Assembly (NCBI GenBank): GCA_030740155.1 | Contig: JASLXV010000059.1 | Location: forward strand, 1-57,526 | Direction of reading: 5' to 3' | DNA from: Dehalococcoidia bacterium | Lineage (GTDB): Bacteria > Chloroflexota > Dehalococcoidia > Lucifugimonadales > UBA3495 | DNA: 57,526 bases | Shown: positions 1 to 10,197 of the stretch, in pieces | Layout of the letters: each line of letters opens with the position of its first letter | How positions within the stretch are numbered: position 1 is the first letter of the stretch | The notes under the pieces: generated by a model | Databases searched by the model: none | Seen by the model: only the letters and a program-made list of their open reading frames with translations | Told to the model about the DNA's origin: nothing | Position numbers and translations under genes: made by a program

Positions 1-184
1 CGTGGACTGGGCCTTCGTGCTATCGCCAGGGAACTCGGTATCCATCGGAACACTGCCCGCAAGTATGCTGCGGCTACCATTCCGCCCACCTATCCTAAAC
101 ACCAGCCCAGCGTAACCACCGGAGTAAACGCAACTGACATAATCCCTTGACCGAAAACCCTGACATTTTCCCTTGACGGCGACA
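1..184 (+). mobile_element. Right end of an insertion sequence (ISNCY/IS1202-like, or IS21-like): transposase C-terminus plus terminal repeats
   Basis: Frame 1 reads RGLGLRAIARELGIHRNTARKY... (HTH) to TGA at 148-150. Two direct repeats, ctgacataatcccttgac (134-151) and ctgacattttcccttgac (160-177), are followed by an end in ...GACA (TGT on the other strand) at 184. Confidence 0.7.
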
Positions 185-718
185 AGTGGGGCGGAGCAAA
201 ACTATACCACTGAACGCCGCCCTTGACACCCACGGCTTCAAGGATTTGCCGGCCTCGGGAATCAGATCGTTGTTCCCTATCGTGGCGGACCGAAGCAAGC
301 CGGGCCGAGGCCGAGGGCGTTCTGGGCTATCAGACGGTCCGGGTGGAGGGCCTGAAAGCCCTCTTGGATGACTCGGGTATAATGGAGCGCGATACCTTGC
401 CGGGGTCCTCGGTCGATGGTATCGACGTCAAACCCCCTCGGAGGTCCGGCACTTGGGTAATTCCGGTGTAGACCTACAGAACGCCAACCGGCCTCGAATG
501 TGGCCGGAGCGTAATTTTTAGCGGATCGACCACCACCGCTCTGGAAACCTTCCGGGCTAGCCATGTCGTCAACTGTCGGCGCTTGACCCCGGTGGCTCGC
601 GCTGAAGGCTCTCCTCCATGGCGCCTCGGCGGACCCGGAGAGCTATCGCAAACCGTCTGATCCACGGCCTGGGCCGTCTCCTCCCAGGGAAATACGTTCG
701 GCTGAGAGGTGACCTGTT

Positions 719-3076
719 ATGGGGGCACTTTCCGGGGTACAAGTCCTGGAGATCGGCGAGGGCTGGACCGCGACCGCCCTGGCCGGGAAGCTTCTAGCCG
801 AACTGGGGGCGGAGGTCGTGAAACTGGAGCCCGAGGCGGGTGATTCGCTGCGCCTCCGCGGCCCCTTCGACTCAGACGGATCGAGCTACTCTTTTCAGCT
901 AGCCGCAGCCCTGAAGGACAGCATGGTCCTTCCTTCCGGAGGCGAGAAAGAGGCGCTGGAAGCCTTGGCTCGCCGGGCGGATGTGCTGCTGGTGGACGGA
1001 GAGGAGTGGTGGAAGCTCCACTCTCAAGGGATTACCGGGGAACGGCTGCTGGAGGACAATCCCCGTCTGGTGCTGTGCGTTCCCTCCCCCTTCGGGCTCT
1101 ACGGCCCCCTGAGCCGGTGGACCGGGTGCGAGCTGATACTTCAAAGCATGGCCGGGCTAATGGCCACCACGGGGTTTCCGGGAGACCCGCCGACCCGCAG
1201 CGGAGTCCCCGTCATCACCGGCATGACCGCCTTCTACTCCGCGACGGCAATCCAGGCCGCCCTGTACGAGCGGCGGCGGTCCGGCCTGGGCCAGGTTATT
1301 GACGTGGCGGGGTACGACGTGGCCATCACCACGTTGGTAAACCACGTCGTACCCTACTTCCGGTACGGCCAGTCTGCTCATGGGGTTGGCAACCGCCACC
1401 CGCTGATCGTTCCGTGGAACGCTTTCCAGGCATGTGACGGATGGATACAGGTCTGCACTGCGGGGGAACGCCTCTGGCCAATCCTGATGGAGGTCATCGG
1501 CCGTCCCGAGCTGAAAGAGGAGCCGAGGTACCAGACCACTTCCCAGCGGCTCCAGTACGTTGATGAGATCGATGCGATTATTGCGGCGTGGGTCCGGCCG
1601 CGCACGGTTGCCGAGGTGACCGATACTCTGACGAAGAACAACCTTCCCAGCGGCCCGGTGGTTCCCGTGGCCCAGCTCTTCCAGCAGCCCTACTTCCGGG
1701 AGCGGAACATGCTGATGGAGGTGCCTAAGGCTGAAGGCGGCAACGCGCTAACCACCGGCACCATGTTGAACCTCAGCGCCACCCCCGGCAGGGTAGACCG
1801 GAGCGCCCCCGGGTTGGGACCGCGTGCCCGGGGTTCTTCCGCCCCCCGGGGCGAGGCGCCGGCGCCCCGGACCCGGAACGGGCCAATGCCCAGGCACAAC
1901 GGCGACAAGCCCCTCTCGGGGGTGAGGGTGGTGGAAGTTGGGCAGTTCACCGCCGGCCCCTACGGGGTTCGGCTGCTGGGCTTGCTGGGCGCCGACGTGA
2001 TCAAGGTCGAGCCCATTGGCGGAGAGCCCATGCGCCAGATGGCGGTCCCCCTTGCCGGGGAAAGCGGGGACTCCTACGTGTTCCACCTGGTCAACGCCGA
2101 CAAGAAGAGTGTGACCCTTGACCTATCCAGCCCAAGGGGCAAAGAGCTATTCCTGGAGATTATCGAGCACGCCCATGTGTTCGCCGTGAACCTCTCCGCG
2201 GACTTCACCGCCCGGGTTGGCATCGACTATGCTTCATTGAAGAAGGTCAATCCCGGCCTCGTCTACTGCTCGGTCACCGGCTTCGGCTCCGAAGGGACCT
2301 GGCGCCAGCGCCGCGCCCTCGATACAGTTCTCCAGGCCTTGGGCGGGGTGATGGACCTGACAGGATTCCCGGAAAACCCTCCTTTGAAGGTGGGGGTCTC
2401 TCTGGTGGACCTGGCTGGGGGCCTCTTCGCCTCGGCGGCGGTCCTGGCGGCACTCCAGCACCAGGCCGACACCGGCGAGGGCCAACTGGTGGACGTAGCC
2501 ATGTCCGACGTTGCTGCCTGGTTCTCTGCCGAGGTCTGGCCGTTGCCGCTGGCCGGCCAGGAGGTGTCCCGAGTGGGGAACCACCACTGGTTTCACGCCC
2601 CCCACAACCTGTACCAGGCTCAGGACCGGCCAGTGGTGGTGGGGGTGGAGAAGGACGGGCAATGGCAGGCATTGCTCGGGGCCATGGGCCGGCGGGACCT
2701 CTTGGGAGACAGCCGTTACGCCACCTCTGAGGATAGGGTCCGGCAGATCGAAGAGGTGGACCGGTTGGTAGAGGAGTGGGCGAATTCCCTGAAGGCCGCG
2801 GATGTCGTCAGCCGGTGCCAGGCAGCGGGGGTGCCCGCGGCGCTGGTTCAGGAAATGGATGAGGTAGTGGAGCACCCGAACACCAGGGAGCGGGAGACCA
2901 TCATCGAGCGCTCCGGGTACCGGATATTTGGCGCTCCCATCAAATTCTCCCGCACCCCCCTCACTGTGGAGGACCTCGGACCGGCCCTCGGCCAGGATAA
3001 CGATGAGGTCTTGGGCGGACTGCTGGGGCTCAGCCGGGACCAGCGGGAGCATCTCAAGGCCGAGGGTGTGATTTAA
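719..3076 (+). CDS. Fused two-domain class III (CaiB/BaiF) CoA-transferase
   Basis: Two repeats of the family N-terminal motif (ALSGVQVLEI...LAELGAEVVKLEP and PLSGVRVVEV...LGLLGADVIKVEP), each with G-Q-x-I/V-D-V-A and C-terminal P-x-L-G motifs. RBS gagaggt. Confidence 0.9.
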   Translation: MGALSGVQVLEIGEGWTATALAGKLLAELGAEVVKLEPEAGDSLRLRGPFDSDGSSYSFQLAAALKDSMVLPSGGEKEALEALARRADVLLVDGEEWWKLHSQGITGERLLEDNPRLVLCVPSPFGLYGPLSRWTGCELILQSMAGLMATTGFPGDPPTRSGVPVITGMTAFYSATAIQAALYERRRSGLGQVIDVAGYDVAITTLVNHVVPYFRYGQSAHGVGNRHPLIVPWNAFQACDGWIQVCTAGERLWPILMEVIGRPELKEEPRYQTTSQRLQYVDEIDAIIAAWVRPRTVAEVTDTLTKNNLPSGPVVPVAQLFQQPYFRERNMLMEVPKAEGGNALTTGTMLNLSATPGRVDRSAPGLGPRARGSSAPRGEAPAPRTRNGPMPRHNGDKPLSGVRVVEVGQFTAGPYGVRLLGLLGADVIKVEPIGGEPMRQMAVPLAGESGDSYVFHLVNADKKSVTLDLSSPRGKELFLEIIEHAHVFAVNLSADFTARVGIDYASLKKVNPGLVYCSVTGFGSEGTWRQRRALDTVLQALGGVMDLTGFPENPPLKVGVSLVDLAGGLFASAAVLAALQHQADTGEGQLVDVAMSDVAAWFSAEVWPLPLAGQEVSRVGNHHWFHAPHNLYQAQDRPVVVGVEKDGQWQALLGAMGRRDLLGDSRYATSEDRVRQIEEVDRLVEEWANSLKAADVVSRCQAAGVPAALVQEMDEVVEHPNTRERETIIERSGYRIFGAPIKFSRTPLTVEDLGPALGQDNDEVLGGLLGLSRDQREHLKAEGVI

Positions 3077-3289
3077 GGGGTCGCTGGCAGCGTGATTGGG
3101 TCACCGGACGCCGCACCCGGGAGGCGCCAATCGGAGGACCCAGTGACCGCACGAGAGTACCAAATTCTCCAGGGGTGTGCTATCCTTGTTGATCGAGGCC
3201 AGTTTTGCGGCTAATCTGGTCGTTGCAAGAGCATTTCCCGCCTTGCGGTCAATACCTAGCGGACATTATCTTAGGACAGGCAATGGTAT

Positions 3290-3670
3290 ATGGACGCCCC
3301 TAGTTTGATTTCAACGGATAAGAACCCGAAGATAGAGCCCTTCGGCCCCGGCGACACCGTCCGGGTTAACTTCCGAATTCGGGAAGGTGAGCGGGAGCGG
3401 GTCCAGGCCTTTCAGGGCGTGGTGATCCGGCTGCAAAACGGCAAAGGCCCCGCCGCTAACTTCACGGTTCGGCGAATTACCGCCGGCATTGGGATCGAGC
3501 GGATCTTCCCGATTCACTCACCTCTGATCGACTCCCTGGAGGTTACCCGCCGCGGCGCCGTCCGGCGAGCCAAATTGTACTACCTTCGTGGCCTGCAAGG
3601 CCGAGCGGCTCGTATCAAAGAGAAGTCTACGCCCCGCCGCCCAAAGGGCCAGTCCCGTAACCAGGCCTAG
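3290..3670 (+). CDS. rplS: 50S ribosomal protein L19
   Basis: [24 protein letters not shown] and [10 protein letters not shown] signatures. Confidence 0.98.
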   Translation: MDAPSLISTDKNPKIEPFGPGDTVRVNFRIREGERERVQAFQGVVIRLQNGKGPAANFTVRRITAGIGIERIFPIHSPLIDSLEVTRRGAVRRAKLYYLRGLQGRAARIKEKSTPRRPKGQSRNQA

Positions 3671-3757
3671 CCGGGCCTGCTAAGGGTTTCCCCCGGCGCC
3701 ATTGCCCAGGGTCACGATCCGCAAAGGCCCGCGGGGTTCCCGATGACGGGGGTTGGC

Positions 3758-6190
3758 ATGAGGTACGCGGAAGTGGCGGTGGACGCTCCGGTCGCCCACT
3801 CTCGCACCTTCTCCTATAGTGTTCCCAGACGGTTCTCGGTGGAGCCGGGACAGCTTGTCTGGGTACCCTTCGGCCGCCGGGTGGCCCAGGGCGTCGTCGT
3901 TGAGCTGGCGGCCTCCCCGCAGGTGGAGATCACCCGCGACATTCTTCAGCCGGTTGAGCCTGCTCCCCTCGTCAGTCCGGTTCATATCGACCTGGCCCGG
4001 TGGCTGAGCCGCTACTACCTTTGCTCCCTTTTCGCCGCGATGGGGCCGATGCTGCCGCCCGGCTTCGAGGCCCAAGTCCGCTCCCAGGTCATCTTTGTGC
4101 CCGCTCCGGAATTAGACCCAGCTTCCCTAGAACCCCAGACCCGTGACGCCTTGAAGGTCCTGGAGGGTAAGGCGGGACTTCGGGAGCGGGAGTTCGTCAA
4201 ACTCCTGGGGAAGGGCGGAGATCGTGAGCTGAAACGGTTGCTCGAAAAGGGGCTAATCCGCCGCCGGGTAGACCTGCCCCGGGCTAGGATCGTTCCCCGT
4301 TACCAGAGCTATCTACGGCCCCCCGGCCACTGGGGACCGGGCCGGGTCTGGCCGGGGCCGTTGGACGGTCTTCCCCGCCGGCAGCGGGACCTGCTCGGCG
4401 CCATCCGGGACCGAACCGGGTCGTACTTGACCTCGGAGGCAAACAAGCAGTTTGGGCATGGCGTCGCCGATGCTCTGGTCGAAAAAGGCCTTCTGGGGCA
4501 GGAGTGGGTCCGGATGGAAGCAAGCCCGGCCGGTGCTCCGGGCCCGGGAGTTGCCGGACCCCCGGTAACCTTGACCGCGGCGCAAAGCGACGCCCTGGCC
4601 TGCATCGCCGAGACTCTGGCTGATCGGGCACGAACCCCCCGCAGCTTCCTGCTGCACGGGGTTACGGGCAGCGGCAAGACCGAAGTGTACATCCGGGCCA
4701 TCCAGGAGGTGGTCCGGAGCGGGCAGCAAGCGGTCTTTCTGGTGCCGGAAATCGCCCTGACTCCTCAAACCCTGCAACGGGTCAACGCCCGCTTCCCCGG
4801 ACGGGTAGCCGTCCTCCACAGCGGTCTGACGCCCCGGCAGCAGTTCGACCAGTGGTGGAAGATCCGGGACGGCGACTACGACGTGGTGGTGGGTCCGCGG
4901 AGCGCCCTCTTCGCGCCACTGTCCAGGCTGGGGCTGATCGTCGTCGACGAGGAGCACGAGTGGACCTACAAACAGGAAGAGGCTCAGCCCCTGTACCATG
5001 CCCGCACTGCCGCGTTGCAGATATCCCGGCTCATCGGCGCGGTGGTGGTCATGGGCAGCGCGACGCCGGACGTGGAAACCTACTATCGGGCCCAACGGGG
5101 CCGGCACCGGCTCCTGGAGATGCCCCACCGGATTCGGGGAATCGGCCCCGGCGCCGGAACGGGGTTGGCCCAGGTGGAAATCTGCGACATGAGGCGGGAA
5201 CTGAGGGAGGGTAACCGGAGCATCTTCAGCCGCGGGCTGGCACAGGCGTTGAAAGAGTGCGTTCGTGACGGCCACCAGGCTATCTTGTTCCTCAACCGGC
5301 GGGGCAACTCTCCAATCGTCCAGTGCCGGGACTGTGGCTACGTCGCCGGCTGCTCGAGTTGCTCGGTATCGTTGACCTATCATTCCGTCGACGGGCGGCT
5401 CTGGTGCCATCGCTGCAACCGTCGCACTCGGCTGCCCAAGAGCTGCCGGAAGTGCGGCGGCGGACACATCCGCCAGCTTGGGATCGGCACCCAGCGGGTC
5501 GTGGAAGAGGTTTCCCAATTGCTGCCAGGGGTCCGCGTTGAGCGGTGGGACGCCGACACCACCCGGTTGGGGAGCGGCCCGGAGGAAACCATGCGGCGGC
5601 TGGCCGATGGCGAAACCCAGGTTCTGGTTGGCACCCAGATGGTGGCCAAGGGGTTGGACGTGCCCAACGTAACCCTGGTGGGGGTGGTGCTCGCCGACAT
5701 CGGCATGTATCTGCCAGACTTCCGGTCCGGTGAGCGCGCTTTTAGCCTGCTATGCCAGGTGGCGGGCCGGGCCGGACGGGGCGCCGCATCCGGGAAGGTC
5801 TTCGTTCAGACCTACACTCCGGAACACTACGCCATTGCCGCCGCCGCCAGCCAAGACTATTCCGCCATGTTCCGGCGGGAGATACAGGCCCGCCGCCAAA
5901 TGGGCAACCCGCCGTTCAACCAGATGGTCCACCTGGTATATCAGGACGCCGACGCCACCTTCTGCCAGAAGCAGGCCGACGCCACCGCCCGGCAGATGCG
6001 GCGGAGTTCCTATGCCCAGGGACTGACCGATATCGAGGTTATCGGCCCGGCTCCGGGCATTCCCGCCCGTTTGCGAGGCCGGTACCGGTGGCACCTGGTC
6101 CTGCGGGGGCGCAACCTCCAGCGGTTCCTGGAAAGCAGCGGCTTTCCCAAGGGTTGTACGGTGGATGTGGACCCGGCCCACCTGTTGTAG
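3758..6190 (+). CDS. priA: Primosomal protein N' (replication restart helicase)
   Basis: LLHGVTGSGKTEVY, DEEHE, SATP, four CxxC Zn motifs, GTQMVAKGLD, QVAGRAGR. Start is 3743 or 3758. Confidence 0.97.
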   Translation: MRYAEVAVDAPVAHSRTFSYSVPRRFSVEPGQLVWVPFGRRVAQGVVVELAASPQVEITRDILQPVEPAPLVSPVHIDLARWLSRYYLCSLFAAMGPMLPPGFEAQVRSQVIFVPAPELDPASLEPQTRDALKVLEGKAGLREREFVKLLGKGGDRELKRLLEKGLIRRRVDLPRARIVPRYQSYLRPPGHWGPGRVWPGPLDGLPRRQRDLLGAIRDRTGSYLTSEANKQFGHGVADALVEKGLLGQEWVRMEASPAGAPGPGVAGPPVTLTAAQSDALACIAETLADRARTPRSFLLHGVTGSGKTEVYIRAIQEVVRSGQQAVFLVPEIALTPQTLQRVNARFPGRVAVLHSGLTPRQQFDQWWKIRDGDYDVVVGPRSALFAPLSRLGLIVVDEEHEWTYKQEEAQPLYHARTAALQISRLIGAVVVMGSATPDVETYYRAQRGRHRLLEMPHRIRGIGPGAGTGLAQVEICDMRRELREGNRSIFSRGLAQALKECVRDGHQAILFLNRRGNSPIVQCRDCGYVAGCSSCSVSLTYHSVDGRLWCHRCNRRTRLPKSCRKCGGGHIRQLGIGTQRVVEEVSQLLPGVRVERWDADTTRLGSGPEETMRRLADGETQVLVGTQMVAKGLDVPNVTLVGVVLADIGMYLPDFRSGERAFSLLCQVAGRAGRGAASGKVFVQTYTPEHYAIAAAASQDYSAMFRREIQARRQMGNPPFNQMVHLVYQDADATFCQKQADATARQMRRSSYAQGLTDIEVIGPAPGIPARLRGRYRWHLVLRGRNLQRFLESSGFPKGCTVDVDPAHLL

Positions 6191-6310
6191 TCCGGCTTTA
6201 CACCCTCGAAGCGTCTTGAATATAATAGTCCGCCTGAAGGTTCTCTCAGAGGTTTTTCCCGAAGGGTTTTGAAGAGGGTCCCGCCCGAGGTGCGGGGGAG
6301 GTACACCAGA

Positions 6311-6868
6311 GTGACGGTAATGCGCATGCGGATCTTGCCGGACCCGGTCCTGCGGCGGAAGGCCAAGAAGATTGGGAAGATTCCCGCAACCATGAAGAAG
6401 TTCACCGCGGACATGATCGAGACCATGCATGCCGAATTTGGCGTGGGGGTGGCTGCCAACCAGGTGGGGTCGTTACAGAAAGTAGCGGTCATACAGCTTC
6501 CGGATTGGGAAGAGGCCATCGTGTTGATCAACCCGGAGATCGTGAAGCGGGAGGGGGAACGGGAGGTGGAGGAGGGTTGTTTGAGCATTCCTGGGTATCG
6601 GGGCACGGTCACGCGTTCGGTGAAGGTGCAGGCTCGGGCCACCGGCCTGGATGGCAAAACCGTCCGGTTCAAAGCCGAGGACCTGTTTGCCCAGGCCCTG
6701 GAGCACGAGACCGATCACCTCAACGGTATTCTGTATATCGACCACCTGGTCTCTCCGGACAGCCTCTGGAAAATAGTCTATGCGGCTGATGATGAGGATG
6801 AAGAGGCCGGCGATGAAGAGGCCGGTCATACCACAGCCAGCCTTGAGCTGGGTAACGAGGCGGAGTAA
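6311..6868 (+). CDS. def: Peptide deformylase with acidic C-terminal tail
   Basis: GVGVAANQVG, EGCLSIPG and HETDHLNG motifs. Start is GTG 6311 or ATG 6320. Confidence 0.95.
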   Translation: MTVMRMRILPDPVLRRKAKKIGKIPATMKKFTADMIETMHAEFGVGVAANQVGSLQKVAVIQLPDWEEAIVLINPEIVKREGEREVEEGCLSIPGYRGTVTRSVKVQARATGLDGKTVRFKAEDLFAQALEHETDHLNGILYIDHLVSPDSLWKIVYAADDEDEEAGDEEAGHTTASLELGNEAE

Positions 6869-6889
6869 CCGGCGGACGGCTCTCTGATC

Positions 6890-8359
6890 GTGCTTGCAAA
6901 GCTGAAAGAGTTCTTTTCCTCCCGCCAATACTCAGCCTACCTGGTTGGCGGCTACCTCCGTGACTCCCTGCTATCTAGGCCCCACGAACGGGACCTGGAC
7001 ATTGCGGTATTGGGGGACTCCCAGCGCATTGGACAGGAGCTAGCTCGGGTGCTGGGCGGTGTTTTCGTCCCCCTCAGCCCGGCCCACGGTGTCGCCCGGG
7101 TGGTGGTGGCGGACCCGGAGGCCGGAGCCGCGCCGCCGGGCGGCCGGTGGGCCGTCGACCTGGCCGGCTTCTCCGGCAGCATCGAAGAGGACCTGGCGCG
7201 GCGGGATTTCACGATCAACGCCCTGGCCCTTCCACTTGAGGGTTGGACGTTGCCGGCGCCATCGGACCTGGTCATCGACCCGTCCAACGGCCGGCAGGAC
7301 CTGGGCCGAAAAAGCATCCGGGCGGTCACTCCCCAGGTGTTTCGGGACGATCCGGGCCGGCTGATGCGGGCGGTCCGGCTGGCGGCGGGCCTGGGCTTCC
7401 GGTTGGAGCCGGAGACGGCCCGCCTGGTCCGGGCGGAAGCCGGCCGGGTGACCCAGGTTTCCGGAGAGAGGGTGCGGGACGAGCTGCTGGCCATTCTGGC
7501 CCTGGACGGCGCCCGAGGGCACCTGGAGGTGTTGGACCGGCTGGACCTTTTGTGCCGAATTATCCCGGAATTGGCCGAAACCAAGGGCGTGAGCCAGCCC
7601 AAGGAGCACTACTGGGACGTTTGGGGCCACCTGATCCATACGGTGGAAACGGCGGAGCGGATTACCAAGGGTCATCAGAATTCACCGGTTTACAGCCTGG
7701 TCCACTGGACGGCGGAAACGGACGCCTACTTCAGCCGGGAGATCAGCGACGGCCACAATCGCAAGACCTTCCTCAAGCTGACGGCCCTGTTTCATGACAT
7801 CGCCAAGCCCCAGGCCAAGCAAACGGATGAGACCGGCCGCACCCGGTTTCCAGCCCATTCCGAACTGGGCGCGGCCGTGGCCGCCCAGCGGCTGAGCCAG
7901 CTTCGAATTGGGTCCCGGGGCATCGCGCTGGTAGGGAAGATTATCGAACATCACCTGCGCCCGGGCCACATGATGCAAGGGGTAGAACGGCCCACCGGCC
8001 GCGCCATCTACAGATTTTTCCGGGACCTGGATGAGGCGGCCGTCGACACCCTGTACCTGTCCCTGGCGGACTATTTGGGTGCAAAAGGCCCTGAACTTGA
8101 TCTGGACGACTGGGGTAACCATGCTAGAATGGTGGCACACGTTTTACAGGTGGGCATGCAGCCGCCCACATCCAAGGAGGAAGGCTGCCCGGTCAACGGG
8201 CACGAACTTATGGAATACTTCAACCTGAATCCCGGACCGCTGATTGGTACGATTTTGGCAATCATCGACGAGGCGTGGGCCACGGGGGAGATCGCCACGC
8301 GCGAAGAAGCTCTGGCCTCGGCGGCCGAGGTGATAGAGCGTCACCGGGAGCGGGCCTAA
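6890..8359 (+). CDS. Class II tRNA nucleotidyltransferase with HD domain (probably CC-adding type)
   Basis: LVGGYLRD, DLD, EDLARRDFTINA, DDPGRLMRAVR, SGERVRDE, LFHDIAKP. Confidence 0.9.
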   Translation: MLAKLKEFFSSRQYSAYLVGGYLRDSLLSRPHERDLDIAVLGDSQRIGQELARVLGGVFVPLSPAHGVARVVVADPEAGAAPPGGRWAVDLAGFSGSIEEDLARRDFTINALALPLEGWTLPAPSDLVIDPSNGRQDLGRKSIRAVTPQVFRDDPGRLMRAVRLAAGLGFRLEPETARLVRAEAGRVTQVSGERVRDELLAILALDGARGHLEVLDRLDLLCRIIPELAETKGVSQPKEHYWDVWGHLIHTVETAERITKGHQNSPVYSLVHWTAETDAYFSREISDGHNRKTFLKLTALFHDIAKPQAKQTDETGRTRFPAHSELGAAVAAQRLSQLRIGSRGIALVGKIIEHHLRPGHMMQGVERPTGRAIYRFFRDLDEAAVDTLYLSLADYLGAKGPELDLDDWGNHARMVAHVLQVGMQPPTSKEEGCPVNGHELMEYFNLNPGPLIGTILAIIDEAWATGEIATREEALASAAEVIERHRERA

Positions 8360-8362
8360 GCG

Positions 8363-10195
8363 ATGCGAGCTAGGAGCATCCGGCTATCCATACTGATCCT
8401 CCTTCTTCTTGGTCTTGCCCTCCTTTCCCTGGGTTTCAAGGACATAAACGTCGACCTCCCAGGGTTTCCCGAGTTGAAACGTGGCGGTACCGGCCCCTTG
8501 GGCCTCAAGCTGGGCCTGGACCTCCGCGGAGGGGCCCACCTGGTCTACCAGGCCGATACGGGGACTCGGTTCGACGTAACCTTTTTGGACCCGATTTTCA
8601 CCCAGCAAGTAGAGAACGCCCTGGGTGAGTTGCGGTTCGGTGAACAGCAGTTGGCCTTCGAGAACTTTGCCGTCGACTCGCTGGGGGCCAGCAGAATCCG
8701 GATCAAGACCGGATTGCTGGACGGAAACGACCCCAGGCGAACCGAATTTCAGGAAACCATGGTGGAGGAGCTGGGATCCATCGAAGCCGTTACCATCACT
8801 GATACCGATGCACCGACCGTTGAGGAGATGGAAGGCGCACTGGACACAATCAACCGCCGGGTTAACCTGTTCGGCACCGAAGAGCCGATCATTCAGCGCT
8901 TCGGCGACGACCGAATCGTGGTTCAGCTACCGGGGGCCAGCGGCTCGGTGACGGAGATCGGGTTCCTGGAGCCGGTACCTGACGTTGCCGATGAAGCAAA
9001 CGCCGTGGAGATCGTGGGAAGCCTCCTGGAGGCCGTGGGCTTCGATGACGTTGAGGTTAAGCGCGAGTCCGACCGGACCTTCAGGGTAAATTCCGCCACC
9101 GTGGGCAACCTGAAACGTGAGGCGGCCAGACCGGCCCTTGAAGAGCGGCTGGGACCGGTCAGCCGGTTCCAGGTCTCCAGCGGCATCGATCAGGCCAAGG
9201 CCCTTATCGGGGGGACGGCCCAGTTGGAGTTCAAAGAGCGGACCTGCACCGACGTAACCTGCGTGCAGTTCACCGATGCCGATATTGGCCTGACCGGTGA
9301 TGACCTGTCCCGGGCCTACGCCAGGACCGATCAGGTGGGGTTCGGCTGGGTGGTGATAATCAACTTCAACGATCGGGGTACCGAGATATTTTCCGATTTG
9401 ACCCGCAAAATCGTCGGGCAGCCCGGCAAGCGAATCGCCTTCTTCATGGACGACGAGGAGCTTCTTGCCCCGGTGGCCCAGGCGTGGATACGGGACGGAG
9501 TCACCCGGATCACCGGCAATTTCACCCGGGAAGAAGCCCGGACCCTGGCGATTCAGCTGGAAGCGGGCCGCTTGCCCGTGCCCTTGAAGCTCATCCAGGA
9601 GAACGATGTTGACGCCCTGTTGGGCTCGGAGTCACTGCGCAACAGCCTCATCGCCGGTATCGTCGGGCTGGGGCTGGTCATCGTCTTCGTGCTCGCCTAC
9701 TACCGCATGGCCGGGGTGGTGGCGGCCGTGGCGCTGGTCTTTTACGCGATAGTCGTTCTGGCGATATTCAAGCTCATCCCGGTCACGCTCACCTTGTCCC
9801 ATATCGGCGGGTTCATTCTGTCCATTGGTATGGCGGTGGACGCAAACATTCTGATATTCGAGCGAATGAAAGAAGAAATGCGCATTGGGCGGACCCTCGC
9901 CTCCTCGATGGAGGTCGGGTTCAACCGGGCCTGGCCGGCCATCAGGGACGGCAACGTTTCCACCCTGTTCACGTGTCTCGTCCTGCTCTGGTTCGGTGAC
10001 CGGCTGGGAGGAGGGCTGGTTACCGGCTTCGCCATCAGCCTGGGCATCGGCGTACTGGCCAGCATGTTCACGGCGGTGGTGCTGAGCCGCAATCTGCTCC
10101 AATTACTGGCCTGGATCGGCCTGGGTAAGAACCTCGGCCTGTTCACACCGGAAGGGGTGCCGCGCACCGCCCAGATTAGCGGGGGGGGCAGGTAA
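8363..10195 (+). CDS. secD: Protein translocase subunit SecD
   Basis: LKLGLDLRGG, RIVVQLPG, GRLPVPL, IGMAVDANILIFERMKEE, AIRDGNVST and six TM segments. Confidence 0.97.
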   Translation: MRARSIRLSILILLLLGLALLSLGFKDINVDLPGFPELKRGGTGPLGLKLGLDLRGGAHLVYQADTGTRFDVTFLDPIFTQQVENALGELRFGEQQLAFENFAVDSLGASRIRIKTGLLDGNDPRRTEFQETMVEELGSIEAVTITDTDAPTVEEMEGALDTINRRVNLFGTEEPIIQRFGDDRIVVQLPGASGSVTEIGFLEPVPDVADEANAVEIVGSLLEAVGFDDVEVKRESDRTFRVNSATVGNLKREAARPALEERLGPVSRFQVSSGIDQAKALIGGTAQLEFKERTCTDVTCVQFTDADIGLTGDDLSRAYARTDQVGFGWVVIINFNDRGTEIFSDLTRKIVGQPGKRIAFFMDDEELLAPVAQAWIRDGVTRITGNFTREEARTLAIQLEAGRLPVPLKLIQENDVDALLGSESLRNSLIAGIVGLGLVIVFVLAYYRMAGVVAAVALVFYAIVVLAIFKLIPVTLTLSHIGGFILSIGMAVDANILIFERMKEEMRIGRTLASSMEVGFNRAWPAIRDGNVSTLFTCLVLLWFGDRLGGGLVTGFAISLGIGVLASMFTAVVLSRNLLQLLAWIGLGKNLGLFTPEGVPRTAQISGGGR

Positions 10196-10197
10196 AC

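Noticed and set aside
223..471. 82-aa ORF after the IS end
   Set aside because: It has no convincing RBS or family motif. It may be a gene remnant but cannot be supported.
4313..5518. Long antisense ORFs (also 23295-24434, 28142-29077, 42624-43658, 43576-44655, 45640-46713)
   Set aside because: These are shadow ORFs, expected opposite high-GC3 genes, with no recognisable motifs.
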